A stretch of DNA of 64,000 bases, from NCBI GenBank assembly GCA_048128005.1, contig JBEUKZ010000069.1:248001-312000 (forward strand), given 5' to 3'. Shown here piece after piece: positions 1 through 13,030 of this stretch (the first letter of the stretch is position 1; each line of letters opens with the position of its first letter). Made by a program: the position numbers and the translations under genes. This DNA is from Veleropilina oligotropha (lineage: Eukaryota). The notes beneath the pieces were generated by a model. It did no database searches. It saw only the letters and a list, made by a program, of their open reading frames with translations, and was not told where the DNA came from.

Positions 1-893
1 AACTATCTGTCACTATAGTTGCAGAACCAGAAGCAGCTGTTGTTGATGCACTACCAGCAAACAGTCTGTGCCTGTCTGATATACATACAACTCAATAGTG
101 GCATCATCTCTACAGACGAAAAGTCGACATGTAGATACAGTGCATGCGTTGCCACTTATCAAAGCTCCGCCACAAGCGCGGAATACTCTGTTTACATCTC
201 TCTTGCACCTTTATAATGTGAACATGTTGACCAGATAACCAGATAGCAAATTATTGATGTGCGTGTGGTTGGATATGAACTTATACAAACGGGTCTTGAA
301 ACTCGCTTACCTGCTGCCTGACATATACACTGACAAGTGGATTGAGTCACCTGTATAGTTTAATATCACTGTTTGTGTTGCGGGAAGTGGACTAGAGGAC
401 ATATGGGTAGAGGCCGACATATACAGCAATGTCACTGTCATGCAGGATAATAAATGACAAGCGCTATAAACGTGCCATTGAGTGCCATATTTTAACTTTG
501 GAAGCCGTTCGTATAACTTATCAACTGCAACCTAAAAGTTGGCAATGCGCTATGCCACCCCAAAATAGGAAGGGCCGTGGGATGAGGGCCCGACCAGGGC
601 CAGAAACCGATGTCGGGAGGTTTTGGCTGTAATTCACCCGGTACCAGCCATGCAGGATAACTACTATTTTAATTCATCAACCAATGTGGGGCACCCGGAA
701 AGCATAAGCTGTGCTAGGTCTTCACAGTGATCATATACCGTAAGGGGGTGCGTCGATTTACCCCAATCGACCCCAATCGAACCCCAATCGACCCCAATCG
801 AACCCCAATCGACCTCAAGTATGCAGCAACGTACCTATATCAACTATAATATACATAGATAATGTAAATAATATGAATTATATTAATATTTTA

Positions 894-1632
894 GGCTTAA
901 TTGCAATTGCGTACTTCGTTTTTGAGTCCGTCGAAGTCGGGAGCGCAAATGTTGAATCCCGCAGTTACTTTCTGTGTTGCTATATTTAGACTGTTGTGTA
1001 GAAAACTACTAAAACCTCCATGTCTTATATATTTGCCCATGACGCGGCTTCAAGCCCTGATCGGGCATTCATTTGTATTACTATAAGATCAAAGGTTCAC
1101 TTTCTGATTCCTCATACTTTGTGCTGGTCGGCATACGCCATATAAGGCTCGGTTTCGAGATCAAAGGTTCACTTTCTGCTTCCTCATACTTTGTGCTCGT
1201 CGGCATACGCCATATAAGGCTCGGTTTCGAGATCAGAGGTTTGCACATCTCCAACGGTCGAACTCCAGTCAAAACAATCGCATAACATTAAGCAACTTGC
1301 TTGAACTAAACTTTGTTGATAGTTAAGTAGATATATTGATACTTCTCAGAGAAATAAAGTAATGAACTATGAAATATGGTTTGAAGTTTACAACGATTAT
1401 CCTTTCGCGATTTGCGCACACAACGGAACCGACAAGGACACTATTTAGCGCAATAAAAATAATTATTACAAAGTAAAGATAACATAATTCATTATATATA
1501 TGTATACTGTTTATCATATTTGCATGCTACCAGTTGGATTTAGTTCGTGTAATTAGAACCGTTTCGCGAATTCAATATTTGTGATCCCGACTTCCCGAAC
1601 TAAAAAACGATGTACGCAATTGCAATTGGGCC
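894..1632. mobile_element. PIF/Harbinger (Tourist)-like MITE nested in the Mutator-like element
   Basis: Imperfect ~65-bp inverted repeats ggcttaattgcaattgcgtacttcgttttt... / ...aaaaaacgatgtacgcaattgcaattgggcc, flanked by tta / taa. Confidence 0.55.
1086..1235. repeat. 72-bp direct tandem duplication (2 copies)
   Basis: agatcaaaggttcactttctg...ggtttcg starts at 1086 and 1158; partial third start at 1230. Confidence 0.9.
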
Positions 1633-1796
1633 TAATATAATTAAATAAATCATAATGTGCACATTATGGATGTATATTATAGTTGACAGGGGGTCGATTG
1701 GGGTTCGATTGGGGTCGATTGGGGTTCGATTGGGGTCGATTGGGGTTCGATTGGGTTCGATTGGGGTCGATTGGGGTAAATCGACGTGCCGCCGTA

Positions 1797-2335
1797 AAGG
1801 TGATGGTTATCTTGAGCACGTCAGCAGTTGGTGTTCCGCTGGCGAGCCTGGACGTCACTCGAGGAAGCGCTTCGTGGAACTCTACCCTCAGCCCTTTCCT
1901 CAACCCCTCAATTGTCATTCCGTTCAACAGAAACATGCCACATATCCACCGGATCATGCTCATCTCCGTTCTTTCCAATTTCATGTCATGATCCCCCCCC
2001 CCCCCCACCCGTGACCCATGTCTCACACACTCATCTTCAGGAGTGGCGCCTTTGGAAGGTGCCTATTCTGTGAACCTCTTCCAACCTCACTCTCGCGGTC
2101 ACCGCTGCTCCCACATCTTCCCCACACTCGTTGTGTCGCCCAGGTAACAACACAAACCCGTCACATCACCATCATCACCAGTGGAGCGTCTCCCCTACTT
2201 ATGCACAGGAACGTCGCATTCGCTGCTTGCAGGCTGCCGTTCACACCACTACGCCGCTTGTAGACCCAATTTTCGCATGTCGTACACTTTAGCGAGTTGG
2301 TGGCTGCCACCTTGCGCACACTGAAAATGGCCATG
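1797..2335 (-). mobile_element. Degraded RTE-type LINE ORF2 C-terminal fragment
   Basis: Minus-strand peptides NSLKCTTCENWVYKRRSGV..FLC and KLERTEMSMIRWICG resemble the Cys-rich insert and post-RT region of RTE elements; frameshifted. Confidence 0.6.
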
Positions 2336-4492
2336 TACAGCAGCAATATCGTTATCGACTATTTAATTGGACGACAAATCAGGTGTGAAGCCCCAGTCAC
2401 ACCGGGCATGCAACCAGGTTAGGGCATATTTGCGAATAGTTGGAATCGTGGACAAGTAGTAGAAATAGCGCTACTGTTCGCAGGTGATCGTCAGAACAAA
2501 ATCAGTCTCGCCAAGGCCAATGATCGTGTACAAAAGTAATTTGATTGGATAATTTAATCAATGGATCACCACAGTCAATAACAGCAATACACGTGTTATT
2601 TAGCGTTTTGTATACACTTTGACACTATATAAAATGAACCGGATATATGATATATTTATAATTATGACAACGTCATATATTTTTCGCCAACGGCATCGGC
2701 GAGTGAGTGGTTTAACACGTCAAACTCTCAACCCAAGCTGCTAATTGGTCCCGGGTTCGAGGCTAGCGGTGGTTCATTCTTTACCGTGTCAAGTAATCAA
2801 ACATTGCTCAATAAATGCAATACAGGTTAGTGTGCTATCTAACCTCAAGGTTCCACGTGGTGTACGTTGTTCACTACTAAACACTGAATCTGCGTATGCA
2901 TAATAATACATAGACAGCATGTTGCGTATATGCAACGCAGGGGTTGGTTGTTTGATGCTTAATATCTGGGAGTGCCGGGATTTTCCCCATGATCGTTACG
3001 TCCATTTCACACAGCACCAATTCATTTCATCATTCAACGTTGATTGACCCGATTTATAAAAAAAACACAGTTAGCGTGACCATTCATCATGTTTGATGTT
3101 TAAAATATTCCAAGTAATTTGTATATGGAAATCTGTTGGCATAAATCAGCCCAAACCCACAGTTTAATCAGCAACGCAACAAGACTCGTATGATAGCAGT
3201 GCATCGTCAAAGCATCCAGCATTTTCAGTAGAGTTTCCAACACCGTAACTACACCGGCAATGGGATCGTTGAGATATACAAGATGAGATACAATGGAGAG
3301 TTAAAATATCGGAATAATTGATGAAGAAAAATGTTTTTTTCACGAAAACGTTTACATTTATTGGATCATATCGATGACAACGTATTAATTGAATGGTACA
3401 ATACAGATGTAAATAGCAGCTTGATCGCTATTCGAGGGCATTGCTACCTACAAAAGGGAGTTTATAATTTGCAATCAAATATCGACGTAACTAACTACTA
3501 ACTACATATCATAATAAAACAGTACGACTACAAACAGATAAACAAATATACAAATACCTAATTAATAAAAGCAAATTAAGGCAAATATACATGTTATTGA
3601 TATAATACTGCACACACCTGTACATAAACAAGTTTAAATTTGATACTCATGCACGTATTAAACACACATAATTGACAAGCATATACTAATTGGCATTGGG
3701 TCCTTATGCTAATATATAAAGACGAAGAAATTTCATGAAACATTAAAACACATACTGCAAAGACATGCAAACAAGGCACATCATAATTGGCAACGACAAA
3801 CGGAAAAAAATAAACAAACCTATCAATAATAACACAATTTCAGGTTCATGATGAAAACATAAATAAGTGTAAACCACTAACTATGAGTGATACACGCGAT
3901 TGTGTGTTTACAATTCACCCAACTTATAGGCAATAAAGATAATGGTATAGTAAAATGCATACAATATAGTATGCAGAATGTGAACAGTGTTACCTATGAC
4001 TGATCAGTTGCTGACCAATACGTAGAATGCATTGATAATTATAACGAAGACGGCATATACAGTTATCGGATAAAGAGGAGAAAGCCTGTAAACATATTCA
4101 TAAATTGGGGTCAAATCATTGTTATTCAACATTCAATTTCATATAGCATTCAATAAACAAAATAAATGCGCCTAACCTCACACTACTAGGAATATAATTT
4201 ATTGCTGCAGATTTGTTTCTGAAGATTTGCAGGGACATGATATAAAATTCCTTGCTTAGCGAATTTTATCGTCTTAAACATGTCCTTATATCAAAGTTTC
4301 AATTGTGCTGCTTTTGGACTATAATATAAAACATGATTTTCAATATTAAGTTTACATTTTGATACTTGCATGGTTTACACAGTCACATCAAGACAGCTAC
4401 AGGACACGTCATAAGAACTCGTGTCATTTATGATAAATAATGTGCTTATTAAGGACATGATTGTATGATCAAGCTCGACCGCACACAAAACA

Positions 4493-5818
4493 CTAGTGTG
4501 GTTTCTCCCTAGTGTGGATTAGCATGTGGCGTTTACAATTATATGCTAGTGAAAATGACTTATTACACACAGCGCATTGGTGAGGCTTCTCACCAGTATG
4601 AATTAACATGTGCTTCCTAAGAGTATCTGATAGTGGAAATGTCTTATTGCACACAACACATTGATGCGGCCTCTCTCCGGTATGGGTCAACATGTGTGTT
4701 CTAAGACTACCAGCTTGTGAAAATGACTTATTACACACAGCGCATTGGTGAGGCTTCTCACCAGTATGAATTAACATGTGCTTCCTAAGAGTATCTGATA
4801 GTGGAAATGTCTTATTGCACACAACACATTGATGCGGCCTCTCTCCGGTATGGGTCAACATGTGTCTTCTAAGATTACCTGCTTGTGAAAATGTCTTATT
4901 GCACACAACACATCGATGCAGCCTTTCTCCGGTATGGGTCAACATGTGTGTTCTCAGACTTTTTGCTTGTGAACATGCATGATCACAAACAGCACATTTG
5001 TGCCGTTTCTCTCCGGTATGGGTGAGCATGTGCGTTCTAAGACTATGAGCTCGTGAAAATGCATGATCACAAACAGAACATTTGTGCGGTTTCTCACTCA
5101 TATGTGTGAACATGTGCGTTCTCAGATGACCTGCAATTGAGAATTTCCGAAAGCACAAGCCACACTGATATGGTTTATCACCAGTGTGGGTTAGCATGTG
5201 TCTCTTAAGATGGCCCGCTTGCGAAAATGTTCGATTGCACACAGCACACTGATGGGGCTTCTCTCCTGTATGGACTAGCATATGCATTTTACGATTACGT
5301 GATTTTGAAAATGCCATGCCACAAACAGCACATCGATATGCACTCTCCTTAGTGTGAATTACCATATGGCTTTTGAGATTTTGTGAAATTGAAAATGTCT
5401 TATTACACACAGCACACTGGTGTTGTTTTTCTCCTGTATGGATTAGCATGTGAGTCCTAAGATTACCTGCTCGTGTGAATTTCTGCATGCATAATACACA
5501 TTGATGTGGTTTCTCACCAGTGTGAATCAACATGTGCTTTTTAATACCGAATTCTCGCGAAAATTTTCGATTGCACACAGCACACTGATGCCGTTTCTCT
5601 CCAGTATGAATTGTCATGTGATGGTTAAGATAATTCGTTTGGGAAAAGGTCAGGTTACACTTAACACAGTGGTACGGATTTTCTCCTATGTGAGTACGAA
5701 TGTGCATTTTCAAACTAGACAAAATAATAAATGACTTGTCACACAAGTTGCAGCTGTGTTGAATATCACGTAATTTCCTGTGATATTTAAGCATCAGTGA
5801 AGTTTTTGTCGCATTCAT
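4493..5818 (-). CDS. Poly-C2H2 zinc-finger protein, 15 fingers, no recognisable effector domain (copy A)
   Basis: Open frame with 15 CxxC-x12-HxxxH units and HTGEKPH-type linkers. The first ATG is at 5818 (the track's 5878 start is TTG). The ancestral N-terminus is frameshifted relative to copy C. Confidence 0.85.
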   Translation of the reverse strand: MNATKTSLMLKYHRKLRDIQHSCNLCDKSFIILSSLKMHIRTHIGENPYHCVKCNLTFSQTNYLNHHMTIHTGEKRHQCAVCNRKFSREFGIKKHMLIHTGEKPHQCVLCMQKFTRAGNLRTHMLIHTGEKQHQCAVCNKTFSISQNLKSHMVIHTKESAYRCAVCGMAFSKSRNRKMHMLVHTGEKPHQCAVCNRTFSQAGHLKRHMLTHTGDKPYQCGLCFRKFSIAGHLRTHMFTHMSEKPHKCSVCDHAFSRAHSLRTHMLTHTGEKRHKCAVCDHACSQAKSLRTHMLTHTGERLHRCVVCNKTFSQAGNLRRHMLTHTGERPHQCVVCNKTFPLSDTLRKHMLIHTGEKPHQCAVCNKSFSQAGSLRTHMLTHTGERPHQCVVCNKTFPLSDTLRKHMLIHTGEKPHQCAVCNKSFSLAYNCKRHMLIHTREKPH

Positions 5819-7683
5819 GGCACTTTTGGGGCTCCAATGTGGTATGAATTTGAGAAAAAATATTAGTTGACAGACCAAATAATGATGCTACCTCAAGGTG
5901 GCTCGATTTGCAGACCGCTTATTCCAAGCTTTGCATTATTTTGGAGTCACAATTTGTTGAACCGGCGTCATCCGGCAGATATGTATCTCAATTTGTGCCT
6001 AAACGCTATTCACTAAAGGCAAACACAACATGCGCTATAAAATACAGTTCACTGAATGGTAACCTCCAAAAGATTTAGTGATTTCAATAAGGCAAAAGTA
6101 ATTTCACTTTCGCGACACGATCCCATTAAAAGCTTTAAGGAGACACCTGCTGAATTCCTCGTTCATTTAGGGCTTGTGAATGCAACTGCATTGACCATCA
6201 GTTAGTGTCAAAACACCTGAAATATAAATATGCCTTCATGTAAAAATCGAATATCAAAAGTTGAAAACAATAACTACCCGAAAAGTTATAACTATTGAAA
6301 TAACATACAAACATATCATATACATGGCTCATGTTAGAGAGTGTAGGGGCGCATTGACACAAATAAAAATCAGGAACACGAATACTTTGTATATCTAGAT
6401 GCACATATATTTTTATTTGTTTTAAATTTATCTTATTAAATGTAGGTTCGCGGATTGTAAAGCGCTGCACGAAGAAGGTTAATCCATCAATTTTATTGTC
6501 TTTATAACAACATATATAGTAAAGAACTACAGGGTGTGGGGGACATTTTGTTATTTTATTACAATATTGAACACAGACTTAGAAAACAGGGTAACAGGGT
6601 GTACTGCACGCCATGGGAAGAATACATATATGCCTGTTACATATATAACTACCTACCCATTGTCTGCCAGGTGTCAACAGCGTGGTGTATTTGAAATGTA
6701 AACAGTAATACCTCGGAAGACGGTTATCTCTGAAAAACAATGAATTATGTGAACAGTGTATCTTAAAGATCACATATATGCTTACACAAACGACAAAAAT
6801 ACAAAATCTTACAGGTTACCTAAAATACGTCTTACTCAATGACCATATATGTACAGTTGGCCTGGATACTAAAAACAAATTTAACATATTCACTTCATCG
6901 ATTTGCGAACAATACGCAAATAGTCAGCATTGTTTTACGGAATACTTCAAAATGTCCATATGCTGCAGACGACACATCAAGGGCCCTGTAGTAGCGAATG
7001 CAAAAGTTATATTGCATGTAGTAACTTAATGACAGCATGCATTTGTTAGTTACATGGTGCTAATAATAACATGCATAAACAATGACTAATCTTCTATTAT
7101 TTCATTAAAAAAACATTACATTTGTTTGTAAATATGATAATTCCGTACGATTTCTGCATTGTGCATGAAATAAACAATGCGACTCTGATGTGCACACGGA
7201 CGCAAAACTGTAATGTCGTCTGTTTTATGGGAATGCGATATGGCGCGCCAGGCATTGCGCGATGCTTCTTAGTGTGACAAATGGATCAGAGTGATACTGT
7301 CATTGTGTCGATGTAAGAACTTTGACTATTATTATCATTACGACATTAGTTGAATACAGGCAAGGCGATTATCCATGAATTTGTGTTATCGAATTATAGG
7401 GCTCAAAATTACAAAATTGCTTCCTACGTCGCTGCAGCGTGGAGCTGTAGCAGGAGTCACTCGGGCCACGTCATAACACATGCATTTGTGTAATCGAATT
7501 TGCACAGGATCGAAATGTCAGTATTCATTTCATTGTCTCTGGCAGATCAAATTATATTTCGATCAGGTAATTGTATACTTAACTGAAATGCCAGATCAAC
7601 CAAACGCTATTGTACATGATGAGGACCGATGTGCGATTTGTGTACAAGCTAGATACGCATCTTAATAGTGATTGCATGAAATT

Positions 7684-7740
7684 CTTACCGCGTTTATAAC
7701 TCAAAATCCGCAACGTAACAACTTTCAGACGCCATTTTAA
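7684..7740 (-). promoter_or_regulatory. Putative first exon / TSS region of the ZF gene: YY1-like AAAATGGCG motif followed by a G|GTAAGAAT splice donor
   Basis: Same motif pair conserved in copy B (24985-25018) and copy C (38864-38913); matching acceptors tttcag|g (exon from 6216) and gttgcag|g (exon from 34433) lie upstream of the ZF ORFs. Confidence 0.55.
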
Positions 7741-7838
7741 TGTATGCGGTGATCAGATTTGCATGCTGTACAGAATATCCGTTGTTTACTTCTTTCGCAC
7801 ACAAAACATCAGAATGATCATCGTTGGTTTGTGTTCTG

Positions 7839-7994
7839 GGCCCCGTTTCACAAAAAATCGTAGACGTAAACGTAAATGTAATAGAATCTTTCGACAATTT
7901 TTGATTGGCTGTTTAAGTTTAACAGCCAATCAAAATTGTCGTAATATTCTATTACGTTTACGTTTACGTCTACGATTTTTTGTGAAACGGGGCC
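7839..7994. mobile_element. Fully palindromic Harbinger/Tourist-like MITE
   Basis: ggccccgtttcacaaaaaatcgtagacgtaaacgtaaa...tttacgtttacgtctacgattttttgtgaaacggggcc; flanks ctg/cag; absent at the paralogous site in copy C (ttttcaggctag, ~39000). Confidence 0.85.
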
Positions 7995-8123
7995 CAGGCT
8001 AGATTATGATCACAAGTAAAAATCTTAACCAGCAAGTAATATAAAGTATATGTTCAAGTGTATACATTTCCGTGAATGATGGGAGTATTTCAGCTTAACA
8101 TATCCGATTTTATTCAGTTGCGT

Positions 8124-8430
8124 TGCGCTCTTTCGGTACTTCCCTCACAGCTCCGGCTTCTACTCAACTTTGGGAATCCGGTTTTTCATCTCCGATAAAA
8201 GGACGACTTTGGACACGTCGTTAATGTTAAATCCATGGGGACTAGCAACAGGTTAACCTCGGTCAGTCCAGGCTCACGGAGCGGTCCGGTGTATATACGT
8301 TTGTAAAGCCAATACAACTACGTACCCATCACGTGTATCTTATCATAGGCCGTGAATTTAAGACAAATAAAAGCCGGAGCTCCTTAAATATGTATAACAG
8401 CCGGATCTGTGGGGAAGTACCGAAAGAGCA
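8124..8430. mobile_element. Unclassified MITE with ~30-bp TIRs and 9-10-bp TSD
   Basis: gctctttcggtacttccctcacagctccggct / agccggatctgtggggaagtaccgaaagagc; flanking direct repeat tcagttgcgt (8114-8123, 8431-8440); apparently empty site in copy C (~39120). Confidence 0.75.
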
Positions 8431-9382
8431 TCAGTTGCGTCTTCGGACCATATTATTTGCATTTATATACTCATCTTATACATTTTAAACAGTTTGGCGA
8501 ATTTTACACAGCAAATTTAAATTAATAAATAAGTATTTGTTTTGCCAGACGGAATCTGTAAAATATACCTGACTTAATATATGTTAAAGTATTGCGCTTC
8601 CTATCTTTTTAATATTGGAGTCTTTGCAGAGTCGCCCAAATTTAGATTGGGTGGGAATTCTTATAAAGAAAACAAAATGAATATTTGCACGCACGGAGAG
8701 TCCAATATTGCCCTTTAAAACCGCAATAGCTTTATATACAGGTACATGCACAGGTGGAGGCTTATAGCGTGCGCTGCGTCTCTCATGCCTTCACAATTGC
8801 GCAGCTCGTTATTTGTATGTTGACACGATATTCAGTATCCACTCCATCGAGCGCATTAGGCGTGACACGCGGATAGTGATATCACTTGCATATATACCAA
8901 GCATGCAGGTCCCCATTCACATTGGACGAGGAGACCGGTGCAAAATTAAATAGGCATGCGCATATTTTGTTGACCAAGGAAAGACCGCGAAATGACGACT
9001 TGACGGCGAGCGTGTGCGAGCAGATGTCTCTGATCTACCCTGTACGACACAACCGCACAAATGTGCTTTAACTTTCGCTTGCATATGAGTTACAATTGAG
9101 GTTAACGGCCGGAATCTGCAGCCACCTGGGCCCGGTTGTTCAAAACTCTGGTTAAGCTAACCATGGTTAAATATGGCTTAACCATGGTTAACTTTGGCTT
9201 AACCACCGGATACATTTTATCCGGTGGTTAACTTGGTTGTTCAAAACTTTGGATAGTGTTAACCACGGTTAAAACTTAACCAGGCTTCATAGCTGGGTTA
9301 AATCCTTAACCACAAGACAATTACCAAGGTAACGTCGTAACCATGGCATAACGTGAATAGGTACAGGTAACGTCATTACAAC

Positions 9383-11525
9383 ATGGCGCATCTAATATTG
9401 CTTCACAACAATATCAACTTACCTAACGTACGCGCGGAACGGCATTATCGAGAACGTATCGATCCGGAATTAGACAATTTCACCGATGAAGAGTTGCGAG
9501 CCAGGTATCGCGTTGGTAGAGAAACTTTGCACTTCATTGTTAATTTACTGAGACAAGATTTGGAACGCCCGTCCGTAAGGAACCATGCACTCTCCGTGTC
9601 GATGCAGGTGTGCATTGCACTAAGGTTTTACGCCAGCGGTAGCTTTTTACAAGTAATTGGGGATACCCTAGGCTTAGATAAATCGACAGTTTCGAGGGTG
9701 GTGCGAGATGTGTCCTTGGCGCTAGTTGCGAAGAAGGAACAATTTATTAAATGGCCATCTACAGAACAGCAGAAGCGTGCCATCAAGGAGGGCTTTTTCA
9801 CCATCGGTCATTTTCCAAATGTCATCGGCGCCGTGGATGGTACGCATGTTAGGATCATCGCTCCAAGCGAACATGAAAACATGTTTGTAAATCGAAAAGG
9901 CTTGCATTCAATAAACGTCCAAGGAATATGCGACGATCAAGGTAATAGTTCTGTACTTCTGAATAAACATACTACCGTAGTACGAGTCCGATAATATAGT
10001 AACGTAAACAGTCAACAGGAAAACGGAAATGCTAAATGTACGCTCGAACCAAAATGATTCCCAAAACGTATTTTCAATTAAGTAATTATAAAGATACGAC
10101 AAAATATCAATAAAATTGCGAATGTTACAATGAAATTAATTCATGCTCCATGTATAGTATTTAATATTTTACCGTGAGAGTATTCTTGTAAAAAGGCATG
10201 ACTACATGATGAATATTATGTCGATCTGACATCTATAAGGTAATACGAGTTACTTCCCTTAACCGCCAATAAGGCTGTCTTAAAGCTACATCTGCATTTT
10301 GTAATATAATGATTGATTGATTGAATTGATGTTAACTGGCCATGCCGACAATATTTCAGTTATAATCGGGTCAAATTGAGATAATTATCAAACAATTAAA
10401 TAAAACATTCGCAATTACTGTATACAAGTTAATATATTTCGCTTGCACTTTTCAAAAATTCATGCCACTAGGCCTACAACATTTTATATTGAAAAGAAAC
10501 TACTTGCTACAGATATTGCACCTAAGACATCAAATAAATTTATGTATCTCGATCACCTGCCAAAAAATGAAATGGTGATCGATCGTTAATTTGATCTGCG
10601 ATGTTACATAATAATTGCATTAATGTAAAATTATTGTAATGAAATTATATTGTATTCTTTTTGCAGGACGATTTACAAATATTGTTGCTACATGGCCTGG
10701 CTCGTCACACGACAGCTATATATTTAGAAACTCAAACATTTGCCAATATTTTGAGCAACATTTTCGTCACATTGAAGATGGGATGCTCATTGGAGATAGC
10801 GGCTATGCTTGCAGGCCCTTTCTCATGACGCCATATTTGGCACCAGCAAATGTGGCTCAGGAACGCTTCAATACGGCCCATAAGACAACGAGAGTGACCG
10901 TCGAAAGAATGTTTGGTCGCTGGAAAAGGCGTTTCCATGTCCTTCATTCTGAGGTATATACTCTTTCATTATTTAATATTGAATATACACTGGACTCGTC
11001 ACCCCACTGTATATCTTGTATCAGGCCGCTCGGACAGCTGTGGTGTTTAGGTTGTGCACAGACTATAAAACCATTGGCTTCATTCCGTTTACATGAACTG
11101 TTATAGTAGGGCCTATAGTAGGTTTGATTCTCGCTTGGGGCATATTTTGCTCCTGCCTTGAACCTAATGGTTGTAAATATACATGACATTAAGCATCAAT
11201 CAGCCAAGCAAGTCACATGCATGGATTGTAATGAACGTTATATATATATATATATATACACACATATAGAATTTTGTTATTTCTTCATATTCTGTTTTAA
11301 ATTTATCGATGTCTTATAATATTTTAGATACGAATGGTACCCGAGCGAGTTTGCATCATTATTGGTGCGTGCGCAGTAATGCATAACATCTGCATACTGT
11401 TGGGTGATGCTATGGAAGATGCTGAAGAGAATGAACGCCCGGACAGGCCAAATCAGCATGCACATGTCGGACAGCAAGACGGAAGAGCTGTCCGAGAATA
11501 TATAGTTCATAATTATTTTGCGTAA
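9383..11525 (+). CDS. Harbinger DDE transposase (HARBI1-like), 3 exons: 9383-9941, 10667-10953, 11328-11525; 347 aa
   Basis: GT-AG introns in compatible phase; motifs LRFYASG, GAVDGTH (D), [18 protein letters not shown] (D), RVTVERMFG (E), [10 protein letters not shown]; no internal stops. Confidence 0.93.
11023..11215 (+). mobile_element. Degenerate tRNA-derived SINE in transposase intron 2
   Basis: ggccgctcgg head, B-box-like ggtttgattctc, 3' part ttgaacctaatggttgtaaatatacatgacattaa resembles the SINE at 18415-18652. Confidence 0.55.
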
Positions 11526-12509
11526 CCCGGCGACTTCGACTCACGTCATGGCCGGACCGTGGTTATATTTATGCAACGTTTTCTGAATACTTTTCAACAG
11601 CAGTATGGTCATTTCTGATTGTATATATGTTATACCGTCTGTTTTCAAATGTTGTTGGTTAGTTGGCAACTGTTCAACTACCACTTATGTCAATTTTTCA
11701 GCCGCATCTCAAAGGAGCAGATTTCAAATGATGAGTTATCACATTGCCGAGTATGTAATGCAGTTAGCAATTTTAGTTTGTTTTTGATGTGACCTGGGAC
11801 TACTATTAGAGGGACTGGAAGCTCTGACCAATTAGCCGACTCGTCGTCAATAATGTGGTACTCGCTATTGTTCTCGTAATTACCGCACTGCACATGTGCG
11901 TAGAGACTTTCGCGAATTTCGGCTTTGTGAATATAATATTTAATCCCCAATTGGGATAAATGCGGTTGATTATAACGGTTTAATTCACAAAATATCTATT
12001 AAACACGCAATTACAATAACACATCAGACGATTGCGAATTTATTTTTTGGATTTGTTTTAATTTGGACGGCATTCAAACTAAAGAAACTGCATAATTATC
12101 AATTGAAAATGAAATTTAATGCAACCTATATTGAAAGGGATCAATGTTAATCGCGGCTAGTTGCTAGATAAACTGATTGGCCAATTCAAAACGAAATCAT
12201 TGCTTATGCATTTATCTTTTGTTACTGAATCGGAACCATTTAAATGACCCCAGCTACTTTTCTATTGATTATCAAAACAAACGATTATCTTCAATAGAGA
12301 CAATTAGTTTAAACAAAGCTATCCACTAATTGCTTTTCATACTATGTTTTGCTTTGCATGTTGATATAATGTATAAGCGGTCAGTATTTTGTCTGCGCAA
12401 TAACAATGGGGACCACTTCAAGTTGGCATTGTAATGAAGTATTCTTGAAATGGACCACTATATCAGATAGACATCGTTGATAAATAGACCATTTTAACAC
12501 GTATATATA

Positions 12510-13030
12510 TGAATTAAATCTTCGTTGGATTTCCCTGTACAATAGTCGAGTCGATGTAATCGAGTGTAAATTAGAAAAAGGGGAATATATTCTAACATAA
12601 AATGCAACAAATAAAGAAGAGAAACCATCACAAAATGAATATCAACGCTTGATAATATTTAGGAAAATTGGTCATTTTAAAATGCAAATATATGCTATAA
12701 ATCTTCGTTACATTTCACTACACAATAGATGAGTACAAGAAATCGAATGCAAATGAACAGATGGTGCAAATATCAAAAAGTAAAATATAACAGCTAACGA
12801 GGAGAAGAAGTTGCAAAATTGACTACTTTACAATGTGAAAATATTAACGCTGGTCGCATTTAGGTAAAATCGTCATTTTTCAATGCTAATAAAGGTTATA
12901 AATCTTCGTCACATTTCTCTTTTCAATAGAAGAGTCCAAGCAATAGCATATAAATACAATGATGAGACAGATATCCCAAAGTAAAATGTAGCAGCTGACG
13001 AGGAGAAGAAGTTGCAAAATGTACTGTTTT
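12510..13030. repeat. Degenerate ~190-200-bp tandem repeat (about 3 units) inside the Harbinger
   Basis: aaatcttcgt recurs near 12516, 12699 and 12900; acgaggagaagaagttgcaaaat occurs twice. Confidence 0.6.

Larger units (their letters stand above)
747..1791. mobile_element. Non-autonomous Mutator/Foldback-like DNA transposon with tandem-repeat TIRs
   Basis: Left end ggtgcgtcgatttaccccaatcga plus (a)ccccaatcga 10-11-bp repeats; right end is the inverted array ending ggtaaatcgacgtgccg; flanked by ccgtaaggg (738-746) / ccgtaaagg (1792-1800), a 9-bp TSD with 1 mismatch. Confidence 0.75.
2690..8460 (-). repeat. Tandem segmental duplication unit A (zinc-finger gene unit)
   Basis: Colinear similarity to ~18790-25070 and ~31040-39150, e.g. 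aatcaaacattgctcaataaatgcaatacag, ggatcgttgagatatacaagatgagat, tgccaggtgtcaacagc, ggaatacttcaaaatgtcc, ttcttaccg...cgccattt. Confidence 0.9.

Noticed and set aside
1655..2026. ORFs with GSIGVRL / GRLGFDW / PNRPQSN repeats
   Set aside because: Read-through of TIR tandem repeats into a LINE fragment; not a gene.
5819..5878. N-terminal extension MVCQLIFF... of the 461-aa ORF in the track
   Set aside because: Starts at TTG and is an alternate-frame reading of the ancestral N-terminus; the first ATG is at 5818.
9383..11525. Domesticated host gene HARBI1 (with a NAIF1-like partner)
   Set aside because: Enclosed by perfect TIRs and a TSD and inserted in another TE, so it is a transposon gene; no symbol assigned.
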